A DNA stretch of 64,000 nucleotides. Origin: an uncultured delta proteobacterium. Lineage in GTDB: Bacteria > Desulfobacterota > Binatia > UBA9968. The notes beneath the pieces were generated by a model that was not told where the DNA came from, made no database searches, and saw only the letters and a program-made list of their open reading frames with translations. Positions 21,993-31,408 of the stretch are shown here, piece after piece; within the stretch, counting starts at the first letter, position 1, and each line of letters begins with the position of its first letter. Both the position numbers and the translations under genes were made by a program. The stretch is taken from the NCBI GenBank assembly GCA_963847445.1, contig CAWJZV010000008.1, positions 64,001 to 128,000 on the forward strand, read 5' to 3'.

Positions 21993-23007
21993 TTATTGCT
22001 TAGGCCCGCCGAAAATATTGCGGAACTGTTCGTAGTTTTTATTGAAGTCGTCGCCGGCGCTGAATTCGTCGATGACGAAAGTTAGTTTTTCCAAACCCTG
22101 GACGGTGGTCGGCACGGCGCGGCGAGTCGGTACCCGGCCAAAGGATGCGATGATTCTTTGTCCCTCTTCGGACAGCATGAAGTCGACGAAGAGTTTCGCC
22201 GCGTTCGGGTGCGGCGCCTTGGCGGCGACGCCGATCGGTTGGAACTTGGTGAAGACCGGATCCTGCGCCAGCCAATCCACCGGCGCGCCTTTGCGCTTGG
22301 CGTCCTCGGCGTTGTGAATGTAGGTGTTGAGCACCAGCGGAAACTCGCCGGCGGCGAGCAGGCCGGTGATGATCGTCAGCCCTGAATAAAGTTGAAACTC
22401 CTGAGCGCCGAGTTGCTTCATATAGGCCAAGCCTTTGTCCTGGCCCAGCCGTTTGAGCTTCCAGGAAAACCACTCGGGCTTGGTGTCGTCCATGCCGATC
22501 TTGCCGCGCCATTTCGGGTTGAGCAGATCGTCGTCGGCTCACCGGCACTTCGCTGCGCTTCACCATGCGGGTGTTGTAAGCGATGACGTTCGGCATCATG
22601 TAGATCGCCGCCCAAAACCCGTCGGCGTCGAAGAAACCTTTCTGCAACTGTTTGGTTTCGGGTGAAAGATATCTGGCCAACAGGTTTCTCTTCTTGAAAA
22701 AATAGGCTTGGGTCTCGGCGGACTGGACGACATCGAAGTCGAAGCGCCCGGCTTGGGTCTCGGTCATGATCTTGGTCAGCAGCCGTTCGCCGACGGCGCG
22801 AAACATGTGGACCTGCAGGAAAGGATACTTGACGCGAAAGGCATCGTTGAGCTTCTGCGCCTGGTCGACGGTCATCGAGGTGTAAAGGACGAGCGATCCT
22901 TCTTTCTTGGCCGCTTCGATCAGTGAGTCATGATTATTCGCGTTCAGCGGTGTTGCGAATAAAAGACACGATAAGACGCATAGCGCTAGGTGGCTGACTC
23001 TGTTCAT
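21993..23007 (-). CDS. FbpA/AfuA-like solute-binding protein (frameshifted)
   Basis: AAKKEGSLVLYTS, IAYNT, GAPVDW, APHPNAAKLFVDF, SEEGQ. Confidence 0.85.
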
Positions 23008-23101
23008 GGTTCTTGCCCCGATTGGAACTCGTGCCGGATACTATCAAGGCGTTAGCGAAAGGGTCAACCGCGTCGCCACGCGAAGTTTCCCCGCATGAAA
23101 C

Positions 23102-23130
23102 AAAAAAGGGATGCCGATGGGCATCCCTTT
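23102..23130 (-). terminator. Intrinsic terminator closing the boxB-fd-nuoF operon
   Basis: AAAGGGATGCC-CATC-GGCATCCC-TTTTTT on the minus strand, 25 nt after the nuoF-like stop. Confidence 0.8.
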
Positions 23131-23155
23131 GATTAACCGGATCGAGTCTTATCCG

Positions 23156-24406
23156 TTAGGCCGTCGCGAGCAGCGCCTGGAAGTCGTCGGGGAAAAGCTT
23201 GAGGGCGCTTTCGATGGGCGGTCCGGGCATGGCGATCAAGTTACAGAAACCCTTGCCTTTGTTAAAAGCCAGCACCTTGCCGAACTGTTCAAGGATCGCC
23301 GCGTTACCCTGGCCTTGTTGAACTTTCTTCATCAGCATAGAAAGCGTGTTGGTCTCCATGCGGCAGGCGGCGCATTGGCCACAGGATTCGGCGGCAAAAA
23401 AGCCGGTGATGCGCACCAACTCGTCGACGATGGAATCGCCCTCGCGAACGATATGGACGACGCCGCAGCCGAGCATGGAACCGGCGTCGCGCATGGCGTT
23501 GGGTTCCAACGGCGTATCGATCTTGTCCGCCGGCAAGTAGGCGGATGACGGCGAGCCGGGCATGAGAGCTTTGATTTTCTTGCCATCTTTCAGGCCGCCG
23601 CCGCATTCTTCAATCAGATAGCGCAGCGGTGTGCCGAAGGGGAGCTCGTAGATGCCGGGTCTTTTTACCTCTTCGGTTTCGTTGAGGGCGAACAGCATGG
23701 TGCCGGGACAATCTTTGGTGCCGAAGCCGCGATACCAGTCGGCGCCTTTCAATAAAATGCGCGGTACGTTGGCCAGGGTCTCGACATTATTTACCGATGT
23801 CGGTTTGCCGAACAGGCCGACGGTGACCGGGAAGGGCGGTTTTTGCCGCGGCAGGGGCTGCTTGCCTTCGATCACTTCGAGCACGGCGGTGTCTTCGCCG
23901 GCAACATAGTTATGCGGCGCGGCGACGATCTCGATGTCGAGGTCGTAGCTGCTGCCCAGAATTTTTTCGCCCCAGTAGCCCGCCGTTCTGGCTTCGCCCA
24001 AAGCGTCGTTGACGCTTTTGATCGCCGCTTCGTACTTGGCGTTGATGTAAAGATAGGCCTTCGCCGCGCCGATGGCATAGGCGCCAAGGACTGCGCCTTC
24101 GATGACCAGATGGGGCAGGTTCTCCAACAGCACGCGGTCTTTGTGGCTGCCCGGTTCATCTTCGCCGCCATTCATCACCAAATAGCGCGGCAGCTCGGCA
24201 GCTTCGCGGGTAAACTGCCACTTTTTGCCGGTGGGGAACCCCGCCCCGCCATGGCCGCGCAGCCCGGCGTCGGAGATTATTTTAATTACATCGTCGGGGC
24301 TTCCCTTGAGGGCCTGGGTCAACGCTTCATATCCGCCGCGGGCCTGATACTCTTTCAGCCCTTCGCGGCCCTCGACCACGCCCTTGGGGAAAAGGATGCC
24401 TTCCAT
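23156..24406 (-). CDS. Stand-alone NuoF/HoxF-like NAD(P)H-binding FMN/[4Fe-4S] protein
   Basis: GLRGHGGAGFPTGKKW, NGGEDEPG..KDR, YVAGEDTA, NNVETL, ESCGQCAACR...FC; no other nuo genes nearby. Confidence 0.9.
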   Translation of the reverse strand: MEGILFPKGVVEGREGLKEYQARGGYEALTQALKGSPDDVIKIISDAGLRGHGGAGFPTGKKWQFTREAAELPRYLVMNGGEDEPGSHKDRVLLENLPHLVIEGAVLGAYAIGAAKAYLYINAKYEAAIKSVNDALGEARTAGYWGEKILGSSYDLDIEIVAAPHNYVAGEDTAVLEVIEGKQPLPRQKPPFPVTVGLFGKPTSVNNVETLANVPRILLKGADWYRGFGTKDCPGTMLFALNETEEVKRPGIYELPFGTPLRYLIEECGGGLKDGKKIKALMPGSPSSAYLPADKIDTPLEPNAMRDAGSMLGCGVVHIVREGDSIVDELVRITGFFAAESCGQCAACRMETNTLSMLMKKVQQGQGNAAILEQFGKVLAFNKGKGFCNLIAMPGPPIESALKLFPDDFQALLATA

Positions 24407-24409
24407 TGG

Positions 24410-24739
24410 TTAGAATACTCCAGTGTCGAGTAGTTGGTAGATCAATTCCTTCAACGACGAATCGATGGTGTCCAAGCGTTGCACATGGGGTGCGCCGGCG
24501 AGATGGGCGACGATGTCGTCGAGATCTTCGCTCTTGACGTGAGCGTACCAGTTTTTTTCAGGGTAGATCACAACATTGGGACCTTCCTGGCAGGCGCCAA
24601 AACACATGTAGGGTTTGACGTCGACATCGGTTAGCCCCTTGGCGGCAATTTTTTGTTGCAGTTCCGCCGCCAGCTGCTCCGATCCACGGGACTTACAATC
24701 GATATTCTGACAGACCAGACAGCTTTGGCTCACGGGCAT
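24410..24739 (-). CDS. Thioredoxin-fold [2Fe-2S] ferredoxin (NuoE C-terminal-like)
   Basis: C10-x4-C15-x30-C46-x3-C50 followed by EGPNVVIYPEKNWY. Confidence 0.85.
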   Translation of the reverse strand: MPVSQSCLVCQNIDCKSRGSEQLAAELQQKIAAKGLTDVDVKPYMCFGACQEGPNVVIYPEKNWYAHVKSEDLDDIVAHLAGAPHVQRLDTIDSSLKELIYQLLDTGVF

Positions 24740-24812
24740 CTCCTTGGGGTTCTACTTACTAACGCTCGATTCGATATGCAACAGTTGATACGGCCAACAG
24801 CGACATGGCGAC

Positions 24813-25918
24813 TCAGTTCAACTGAATTTGCGAGACCCAGTCCTTGCCCTTGATGATTTCGGCGAGGATTTTTTCATCTTCGGCGTTGGGCAGAACTTCG
24901 TACAGGTGTTTCTGATAATCTTCGGTGCTGAGCAATTCGCCGGTGACGCTATAGGTCTTGCCGACATGCTCGCCGATGGAGCGGTTAAATTTTAGATCAG
25001 GCGCCTTCAGTTTGGCTTGGCCTTCCGGCACCAGCTGATTGAGCTGGTCGATCAGCTGTTGCGACTCGCTCATGTAATGTTCGCGGGCGAGATCGTTGAG
25101 TTTGTCTTTCTCCGCCGGCACGGTCGCGCATGTTCGTCGTAGCGGCCTTTGATACCCCAGGTATAGGCCCAATTCGCTGACGAGGAATGGTGGTGCCGAA
25201 CAGATCGTAGGCTGTGGAGAGCCATTTATTGAAATATTTTTGCACGATCGGCACGGGAATCTTTTGAGCTCTGAGTACTCGGGTCAGACCGGTGTGGCCG
25301 GTGAACATGTGAAAATGCTCTTCCTTGAGCATCGCCGTGACGCTTTCGGCAAGCGGGGCGAAGGATGAGTGGCTGAGCATGGTCAACTGATACTTGCCGT
25401 CGCGGTCGACAAATTCCGTGTAGGTGAAAAAGTCGAGCCAGTTGTTCACCGGCGCGTTGAAACGAGCCGAGCAGCCGGTCGCCGCGGAAAGCGCGGCGCT
25501 CGAGCATTTTACGCGCCTCAAGCTTGCCGGAGTCGCCAAAGTAGTTCACCAGCAGGTAACACATCTGCCAGCCATGGCGCATCTCTTCGCTGTTGACCCG
25601 AGTGAGCGCTTTGCGGTCGTATTCAGTGGGCGCGGTATCGAGCAGATTCTTTTGCTGTTCGACCGAGGCGAACTCGGTATCGCCCTGGTAGACGATCAGA
25701 TTCATTAGGGCGTCGCGGATCGATTGGTTGGGAATCTGGCCGACCCGCTGCCATTTCGGCTGACCTTGGAAGTCGCCAAACTCGATGTCAGGCGAGTGAA
25801 GCTCACCCAGCTTGGTTTCGAACTTGTAGTCGCCGAGCAGCGCCGCATCGTAGCCGATGTCTTTTTGCCATTGATGGAAATAGTCGATCCAGTCATCGAA
25901 GGTAGAGATTTTGATCAT
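24813..25918 (-). CDS. boxB: BoxB-like di-iron aromatic-CoA epoxidase subunit, short form (frameshifted)
   Basis: QGDTEFASVEQQ, EEMRH, DRDGKYQL and EEHFH match BoxB di-iron ligand motifs; ~368 codons over ORFs 25226, 24997 and 24813. Confidence 0.78.
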
Positions 25919-25945
25919 GGACGGTCCTTTCGTCTTAAACAATTA

Positions 25946-25963
25946 TTCGAACGATCGTTCGAA
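25946..25963. promoter_or_regulatory. Perfect 18-bp palindrome, putative repressor operator
   Basis: TTCGAACGATCGTTCGAA lies between a TTGATT..TATAAA promoter-like pair (minus strand) and the boxB RBS. Confidence 0.65.
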
Positions 25964-26057
25964 CTTATTTATAACGCTTTGACATGGGAGAAATCAACTC
26001 GCCACCGGATCCGCTGATCACTAAGCCGCGGCAGTTTGGCACCATAAAGAGACCCAG

Positions 26058-28460
26058 TTAGCGGTACATTTCCAATAGCTCGACCATTTCAAGTTGGCGA
26101 ATTTGTTCAAACAAGATAGCGTTTGATTTCGCCGACAGTATCCATTCCGAGAACGATTTGGGCGGTCGTTTTGGCGGCTTGATAGCTGATCGAACGAATC
26201 GCTTTCTTGATCACGGGAAGATAAAGCGCCCCCATGCTGAACTCTTCCAGACCCATGCCAAGAAGCACCAGGGCGCAAAGCGGGTCGCCGGCCATCTCGC
26301 CGCACATGCTGACCCGCTTGCCGGCTTTCTTGCCGGCATCAATGGTGGCATTGAGCGCCGAGAGGACGGCGGGGTGCAACGGTTCATAAAGGTTGGCGAC
26401 TTTACGGTTGCTACGGTCAACGGCCAGGAGGTACTGGATAAGATCATTGGTACCGATGCTCAAAAAATCGACTTCGCGCAGAAAACGCTCAGCCAGCTGC
26501 ACGGCCGACGGGCACTTCGACCATGATCCCCAGCTCCATCTGCCGGTCGAACGGTGTGCCTTCCCGCTCTAATTCAACCTTGGCCTCGGCCAAAAGCTCT
26601 TTGACCTTTTGGATCTCTTCGAGACTGGAAATCATCGGCACCAACATGCGCACCGAGCCCAGATCGCCAACGCGCAATATAGCGCGCAGCTGGGTCTTGA
26701 AGATCTCTTCGACTTCTAAGGATATACGGATCGAACGCCAGCCCAAAAATGGATTGGGCTCGGTGGCGACGCTGCGCATGTAGCTGGGATATTTGTCGGC
26801 ACCGATGTCGAGGGTCCGAATGGTGACGGGTTTGTCCATCATGCCTTCGACAACGCGCTTATAGAGAGCGTATTGTTCTTCTTCGCTGGGAAAATCCCGG
26901 TGCGACAAGAACGGAATCTCGGTTCTGTAGAGGCCGATGCCCTGGGCGCCATGGAGATGGGCGAAGGCCACGTCGCTCAGCAGGCCGACGTTTGCGCACA
27001 GCGAGACCCGATGACCGTCGGTGGTTTCCGCCGGCAAGTCCTTGAGTTCGCCGAGTTCGCGGTTGAGCTCCGCATAGTCGCTTTTCAAACGATCGTATTC
27101 GCGAATAACCTCGGCGGTCGGATTGACATGCACGCTGCCGGCGTTGCCGTCGATGATCAATTGATCGCCCTGGTGCACCCGTTCCATCAGGTCTTCGACG
27201 GCAACGATGCTGGGAATTTCGAAGGACTTCGCCAATATCGAGGCGTGGGACGTGACGCCGCCGGTGGCCAAGATGATACCTCTGAATTTGTCACCTTCGA
27301 GCATGCTCAAGTCGGCGGGCGAGAGGTCCTGGGCGACCAGGATCGCGTCGTCGGGCACATCGTATTGTTGCCCATCACCGCCGGAAAGAGTTTCAAGCAA
27401 GCGTTGCGCGGCATCTTTAACATCGGCGGTTCGTTCACGCAGATAGTTGTTGTCGATCTTGGCGATGGATTCCAGGTAGCGCTCGAAGACCACCCGCACG
27501 GCATACTCCGCGATGAAGCCGCCTTTGCGAATCTGTTGCTCGATCTGGTGAATGATCTGCGGGTCTTCGAGGATCAACCGATAGACGTCGAAGATCGCTC
27601 CCTCTTCGGCGGAAATCAGCTCACTCATGCGCCGCTTAACGACGTTGATCTGGTCGATGCCGCGCTCCACGGCGCCGCGAAAGCGCTCGATTTCATGCTT
27701 GGGATTACGCGATTTTTTCTTTCTAATCGCGTTCAGTTCCATGCGCGGCTCGAGGACGAACGCGTGGCCGCGGCCAAAGCCGGGCGACGCCGCCAAGCCA
27801 GACAACCGGCCGCGCCATTTCTGCTTGGTTTTTGCCGACGTCTCCGGCGGCGTGCCTTCATAGGACGCGCAGCTTGCGCATGGCGTCATTCATGCGCTTC
27901 TGGTATTGCTTGCGCTCCTCTTCCTTGGAGCGCAGGTGGTCGCTGAGACGAGCCTGGAGGATGATGCTCGCCGCTTGTCCGGAAATCGTCGTCAAAAGCC
28001 GAATTTCATCGCGGGAAAACTCACGCCGGCGGGAAGTTTGTACGACGAGCACGCCTAATGGCGTTTTCTTCTCCAATAGCGGCACGCCGAGGAACGAGTG
28101 GAAATGTTCTTCGTGGGTTTCCGGAAAGTATTTGTAACGCTTGTGTGCCAGGGCGTCGACCACCATCACCGGCTTCATCTGCTCGATGACCAAACCGGTC
28201 AACCCTTCGCCTGTGGCCATGGACACTTTGCCGATGGACTCGGGGTCGAGGCCCATGGTCGCGACCAGGATCAAGCGATTTTTTTTGGCATCGAAAATAT
28301 ATAGCGAGCAGACTTCGGTCTGCATGCGTTCGGCGACGGTGGCGACCAGCCGATCCAGGGTCTCTTGCAGGTCGTGGGAATGGGTGATCAGCGTGCTGAT
28401 GTCCGCGAGTATGCCCAAGTGGGGATAGGTGGTGCGGGCGATCTTAGTGTTCTTGGCCAT
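26058..28460 (-). CDS. ptsP: PEP-protein phosphotransferase EI-Ntr with N-terminal GAF domain (frameshifted)
   Basis: GAF domain (EVCSLY, GEGLTG, SFLGVPL) plus GGVTSHASILA (phospho-His), GIGLYRTE, RTLDIGADK, NPFLGWR, SIGTNDL, MCGEMAGDP. Confidence 0.92.
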
Positions 28461-28605
28461 GGTTGAAGATTAAAGACGAAGATAGAGTTTTCTATAAAAC
28501 ATAAATTTCACGGATTCGCCAGGCAGACTGCCGTTGTCGGTAGACGCCGTCTGTGCACGGACGGGCGAAACTACATTTTCACGCGCAGTATGCTATATTG
28601 CCGTC

Positions 28606-29016
28606 ATGAGTCAGATTGCCGGATTACGGGGTATGCGCCACCTCGCGCTCAAAGTGCGCGACCTGGCGCGCGCGAAACGTTTTTATCAAGATGTGCTCGG
28701 CATGGAAGTGGTCTGGGAGCCGGATGGCAAGAACGTTTATCTTTCCTCCGGCTGCGACAATCTGGCGCTCCATGAAGTTACCGATGGCTTCGCTCGGTCC
28801 GCTGAGGAACGACAGCTCGATCATCTCGGCTTTATCGTCGAAAGCATCGACCGGGTGCGGGAATTGGAGCAGGAATTCATTCGCCAAGGCGTAACCCTTG
28901 TCCATCCATTCAAGATTCATCGCGACGGCAGCGCGTCGTTTTACTGCGCCGATCCCGACGGCATCGTCATTCAAATGCTTTACGAGCCTACCTTGAGTTC
29001 GCAAAACATTAGCTGA
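28606..29016 (+). CDS. VOC/glyoxalase family protein
   Basis: HLALKVRD, FYQDVLG, LDHLGF, FYCADPDG. Confidence 0.88.
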   Translation: MSQIAGLRGMRHLALKVRDLARAKRFYQDVLGMEVVWEPDGKNVYLSSGCDNLALHEVTDGFARSAEERQLDHLGFIVESIDRVRELEQEFIRQGVTLVHPFKIHRDGSASFYCADPDGIVIQMLYEPTLSSQNIS

Positions 29017-29154
29017 GGGACTTATGCTCTACGAATCCGAACGGGGCGATTTTTCGCTGCTGTTGTTGGGCGATGTCATGCCGACGCGGCGCTTGGCGGT
29101 ATTCGGCGAGGCAATAAATTCTCGTCAACCACTCAGGACGCGGCGAGTATTCCG

Positions 29155-29288
29155 TTATGCCTCTTTGGAAAAGAGGGGCTAGGGGAGATTTTTTTTCCAT
29201 GCGGCGCCACCGTGCAGAAGATTGTCGGTCTGCTGCGAACCCCCCACCCCAGCAAATCCCTCTTAATCCCCCTTTTTCAAAGGGGGAG
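29155..29288. repeat. Inverted pair of palindromic repeats (AAATCCC..CCCCTTTTTCAAAGGGGG type)
   Basis: 29155-29192 reverse-complemented (AAATCTCCCCTAGCCCCTCTTTTCCAAAGAGGC) aligns with 29254-29288 (AAATCCCTCTTAATCCCCCTTTTTCAAAGGGGGAG). Confidence 0.65.
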
Positions 29289-29550
29289 TCAGATCAGATC
29301 AGCTAGCTATTTATTTCGTCAGCTCCCGTGTACAGCAAAGCAAGTGTGTCGCATGTTTAGTTGCAAAATGGGAGAAAAGAAAACAGCGAGTCATTGTCCG
29401 CTGACTCCGGTGTCCGGCGAACAAGATATGCATGTCAGGTCTGCTTGACCGGGGACTGTCACTTCGATTAACGTTTGTCTTTCTAGGGAAAATGGGAAAA
29501 TCATCGACGCCGCGGGTCAACTGCGACGCAAAGCTAATAAGGAGCGCACA

Positions 29551-31239
29551 ATGTACGATCTTTTAATCAAGGGCGGGCGGATTTACGACGGCTCGGGGCT
29601 GCCGAGTCACCATGGCGATGTTGCCATCGCCGACGGCAAGATCGTCGAGACCGGACGAGTTAATGGCAGCGCGAAACAAACGTTAAAAGTCGACGGGCTG
29701 GCGGTGGCGCCGGGTTTCATCGATCCGCACACGCATATGGACGCACAGCTGTTCTGGGACCCGATGGGCACTTCGTCTTGTTTCCATGGCGTGACTTCCG
29801 TCGTCGTCGGCAATTGCGGCCTGAGCTTGGCGCCGGCGAAACCGGAGAACCGCGATTCCGTGGTGAAGAGTTTCGTGCGCGTCGAAGCGATTAGCCGGCG
29901 CGTGCTCGAACAAGGCTTTGAATGGCAATGGACTTCGACGGCGGAATATTTGCGCGCCCTGGGCACGCGGTTGGGGATCAACGTCGGCGCCTTGGTCGGC
30001 CATATCGCCGTGCGCCATTACGTCATGGGCGAAGACGCCGTCGAGCGCGCGGCGACGCCGGAAGAAATCATCAAGATGAAACAACTGGTGCGCCAAGGCA
30101 TGGAAGCCGGCGCCGTCGGCTTTTCCACCAATCAGAATCCGCGTCATATCCGCGAGGATTTAAAGCCGGTGGCGAGCCGGCTCGCTAGCGATGAAGAGCT
30201 CGGATCTTTACTTGACGTGCTCGGCGAGATGAATGCCGGCGTGGTGCAGTTGAGCGGCGGCGGCACCGACGCGCGCGGGCGCATCGAGTACGCCTCCGGG
30301 TTGGCGCGGCGCACCGGCCGGCCGGTGCTTTGGCAAAGCATTTCTCATAGTTGGACGCGGCCCGATCATTGGCGCGGCATGCTGGAAGCGACGGCGAAAG
30401 TTTTCCAGGAAGAAGGGTTGCCGATTTACGCCATGACTCAGGCCAAGCCGTTCGAGATGCGCTACAGCTTGCTCGATGCCCAGTGCTTCGATGAATTTTC
30501 CACATGGAAAACCGCGATGTTTAGCCCCGTGGACGTGCGCAAGCAGATGTTCGGCGATGCCGATTGCCGTAAAAAACTGCGCGCCGAGGCGATTGAAGAC
30601 AAATCGGCGTCGGTGTTTCCGCGGCGCTGGGATGTGGTCAACGTCGACCAGGTGAAGCTGGCGAAGAACAAATCCTTTGAACGACAATCGGTCGAAGCGG
30701 TCGCCAAGCTTCAAGGCAAGGACGGCTTGGATTGTTTCTTGGACTTGTCGCTCGAAGAGAATCTCGAAACCCGCTTCTCGCATATCACCACCCAGGGCGA
30801 TCCCAAGGCGGTGTGCGAGATTCTTAAACATCCGTCGGTGGTGGTCGGCCAGTCGGATGCCGGCGCCCATATGGGATACGACGCGCGCTTCGGTTACTGC
30901 ACCGCTTTCCTCGGCCGCTGGGTGCGCGATTACGGCATCATGAGCTTGGAAGAGGCGGTGTCGAAACTGACTTTTCGCGTCGCCTCGATCTTCGGTCTCA
31001 ACGACCGCGGCTTGCTGCGGCCCGGCATGGTCGCCGACATCGCGGTTTTCGATCCGGCGACGATCAACACGCAGGAGCCGGAGTACGTGCAAGACTTGCC
31101 TGGCAACGAAACGCGCATGATTCAAAAAGCCACCGGTGTGCCGTTTACCGTGGTGAACGGCACAGTGGTGATCGAGAACGGCGCGCCCACCGGCGCGTTC
31201 CCTGGTAAAGTGCTCAGGCCGACGGCGTGGAAGAATTAG
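29551..31239 (+). CDS. N-acyl-D-amino-acid deacylase-like amidohydrolase
   Basis: YDLLIKGG, PGFIDPHTHMD, HGVTSVVVGNCG, SDAGAH, DRGLLRPG. Confidence 0.9.
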   Translation: MYDLLIKGGRIYDGSGLPSHHGDVAIADGKIVETGRVNGSAKQTLKVDGLAVAPGFIDPHTHMDAQLFWDPMGTSSCFHGVTSVVVGNCGLSLAPAKPENRDSVVKSFVRVEAISRRVLEQGFEWQWTSTAEYLRALGTRLGINVGALVGHIAVRHYVMGEDAVERAATPEEIIKMKQLVRQGMEAGAVGFSTNQNPRHIREDLKPVASRLASDEELGSLLDVLGEMNAGVVQLSGGGTDARGRIEYASGLARRTGRPVLWQSISHSWTRPDHWRGMLEATAKVFQEEGLPIYAMTQAKPFEMRYSLLDAQCFDEFSTWKTAMFSPVDVRKQMFGDADCRKKLRAEAIEDKSASVFPRRWDVVNVDQVKLAKNKSFERQSVEAVAKLQGKDGLDCFLDLSLEENLETRFSHITTQGDPKAVCEILKHPSVVVGQSDAGAHMGYDARFGYCTAFLGRWVRDYGIMSLEEAVSKLTFRVASIFGLNDRGLLRPGMVADIAVFDPATINTQEPEYVQDLPGNETRMIQKATGVPFTVVNGTVVIENGAPTGAFPGKVLRPTAWKN

Positions 31240-31363
31240 CAGGCTGCTGAAAAAGACCCTATGCTTCGTTGCGCTCAATCGCCTCGCGTCAACGTACTGC
31301 CGATGTACGCTCCGCTCGTCGATATTTCGCGCGCCTCGCCTATGGATCTTTTGAGCAGCCTGC
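31239..31363. mobile_element. ~125-bp MITE-like non-autonomous element
   Basis: Terminal inverted repeats GCAGGCTGCTGAAAAAG / CTTTTGAGCAGCCTGC and no ORF; the left end abuts the upstream TAG. Confidence 0.7.
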
Positions 31364-31408
31364 AAGAGGCTTTTTCCGCAACCTGGTAGGAGATTGGAAT
31401 ATGGAGTG

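Noticed and set aside
23156-24739. Respiratory complex I or hydrogenase/formate dehydrogenase operon
   Set aside because: No nuoA-D/G-N, hox or fdh genes are adjacent, and a terminator follows the nuoF-like gene.
26873-27946. 357-aa + strand ORF and similar long overlapping ORFs (30208..31425, 6946..7830)
   Set aside because: Antisense shadows of ptsP, the deacylase and an SBP in GC-rich DNA.
26058-28460. Functional link between ptsP and the boxB operon
   Set aside because: boxB has its own promoter-like elements and operator; adjacency alone is insufficient.
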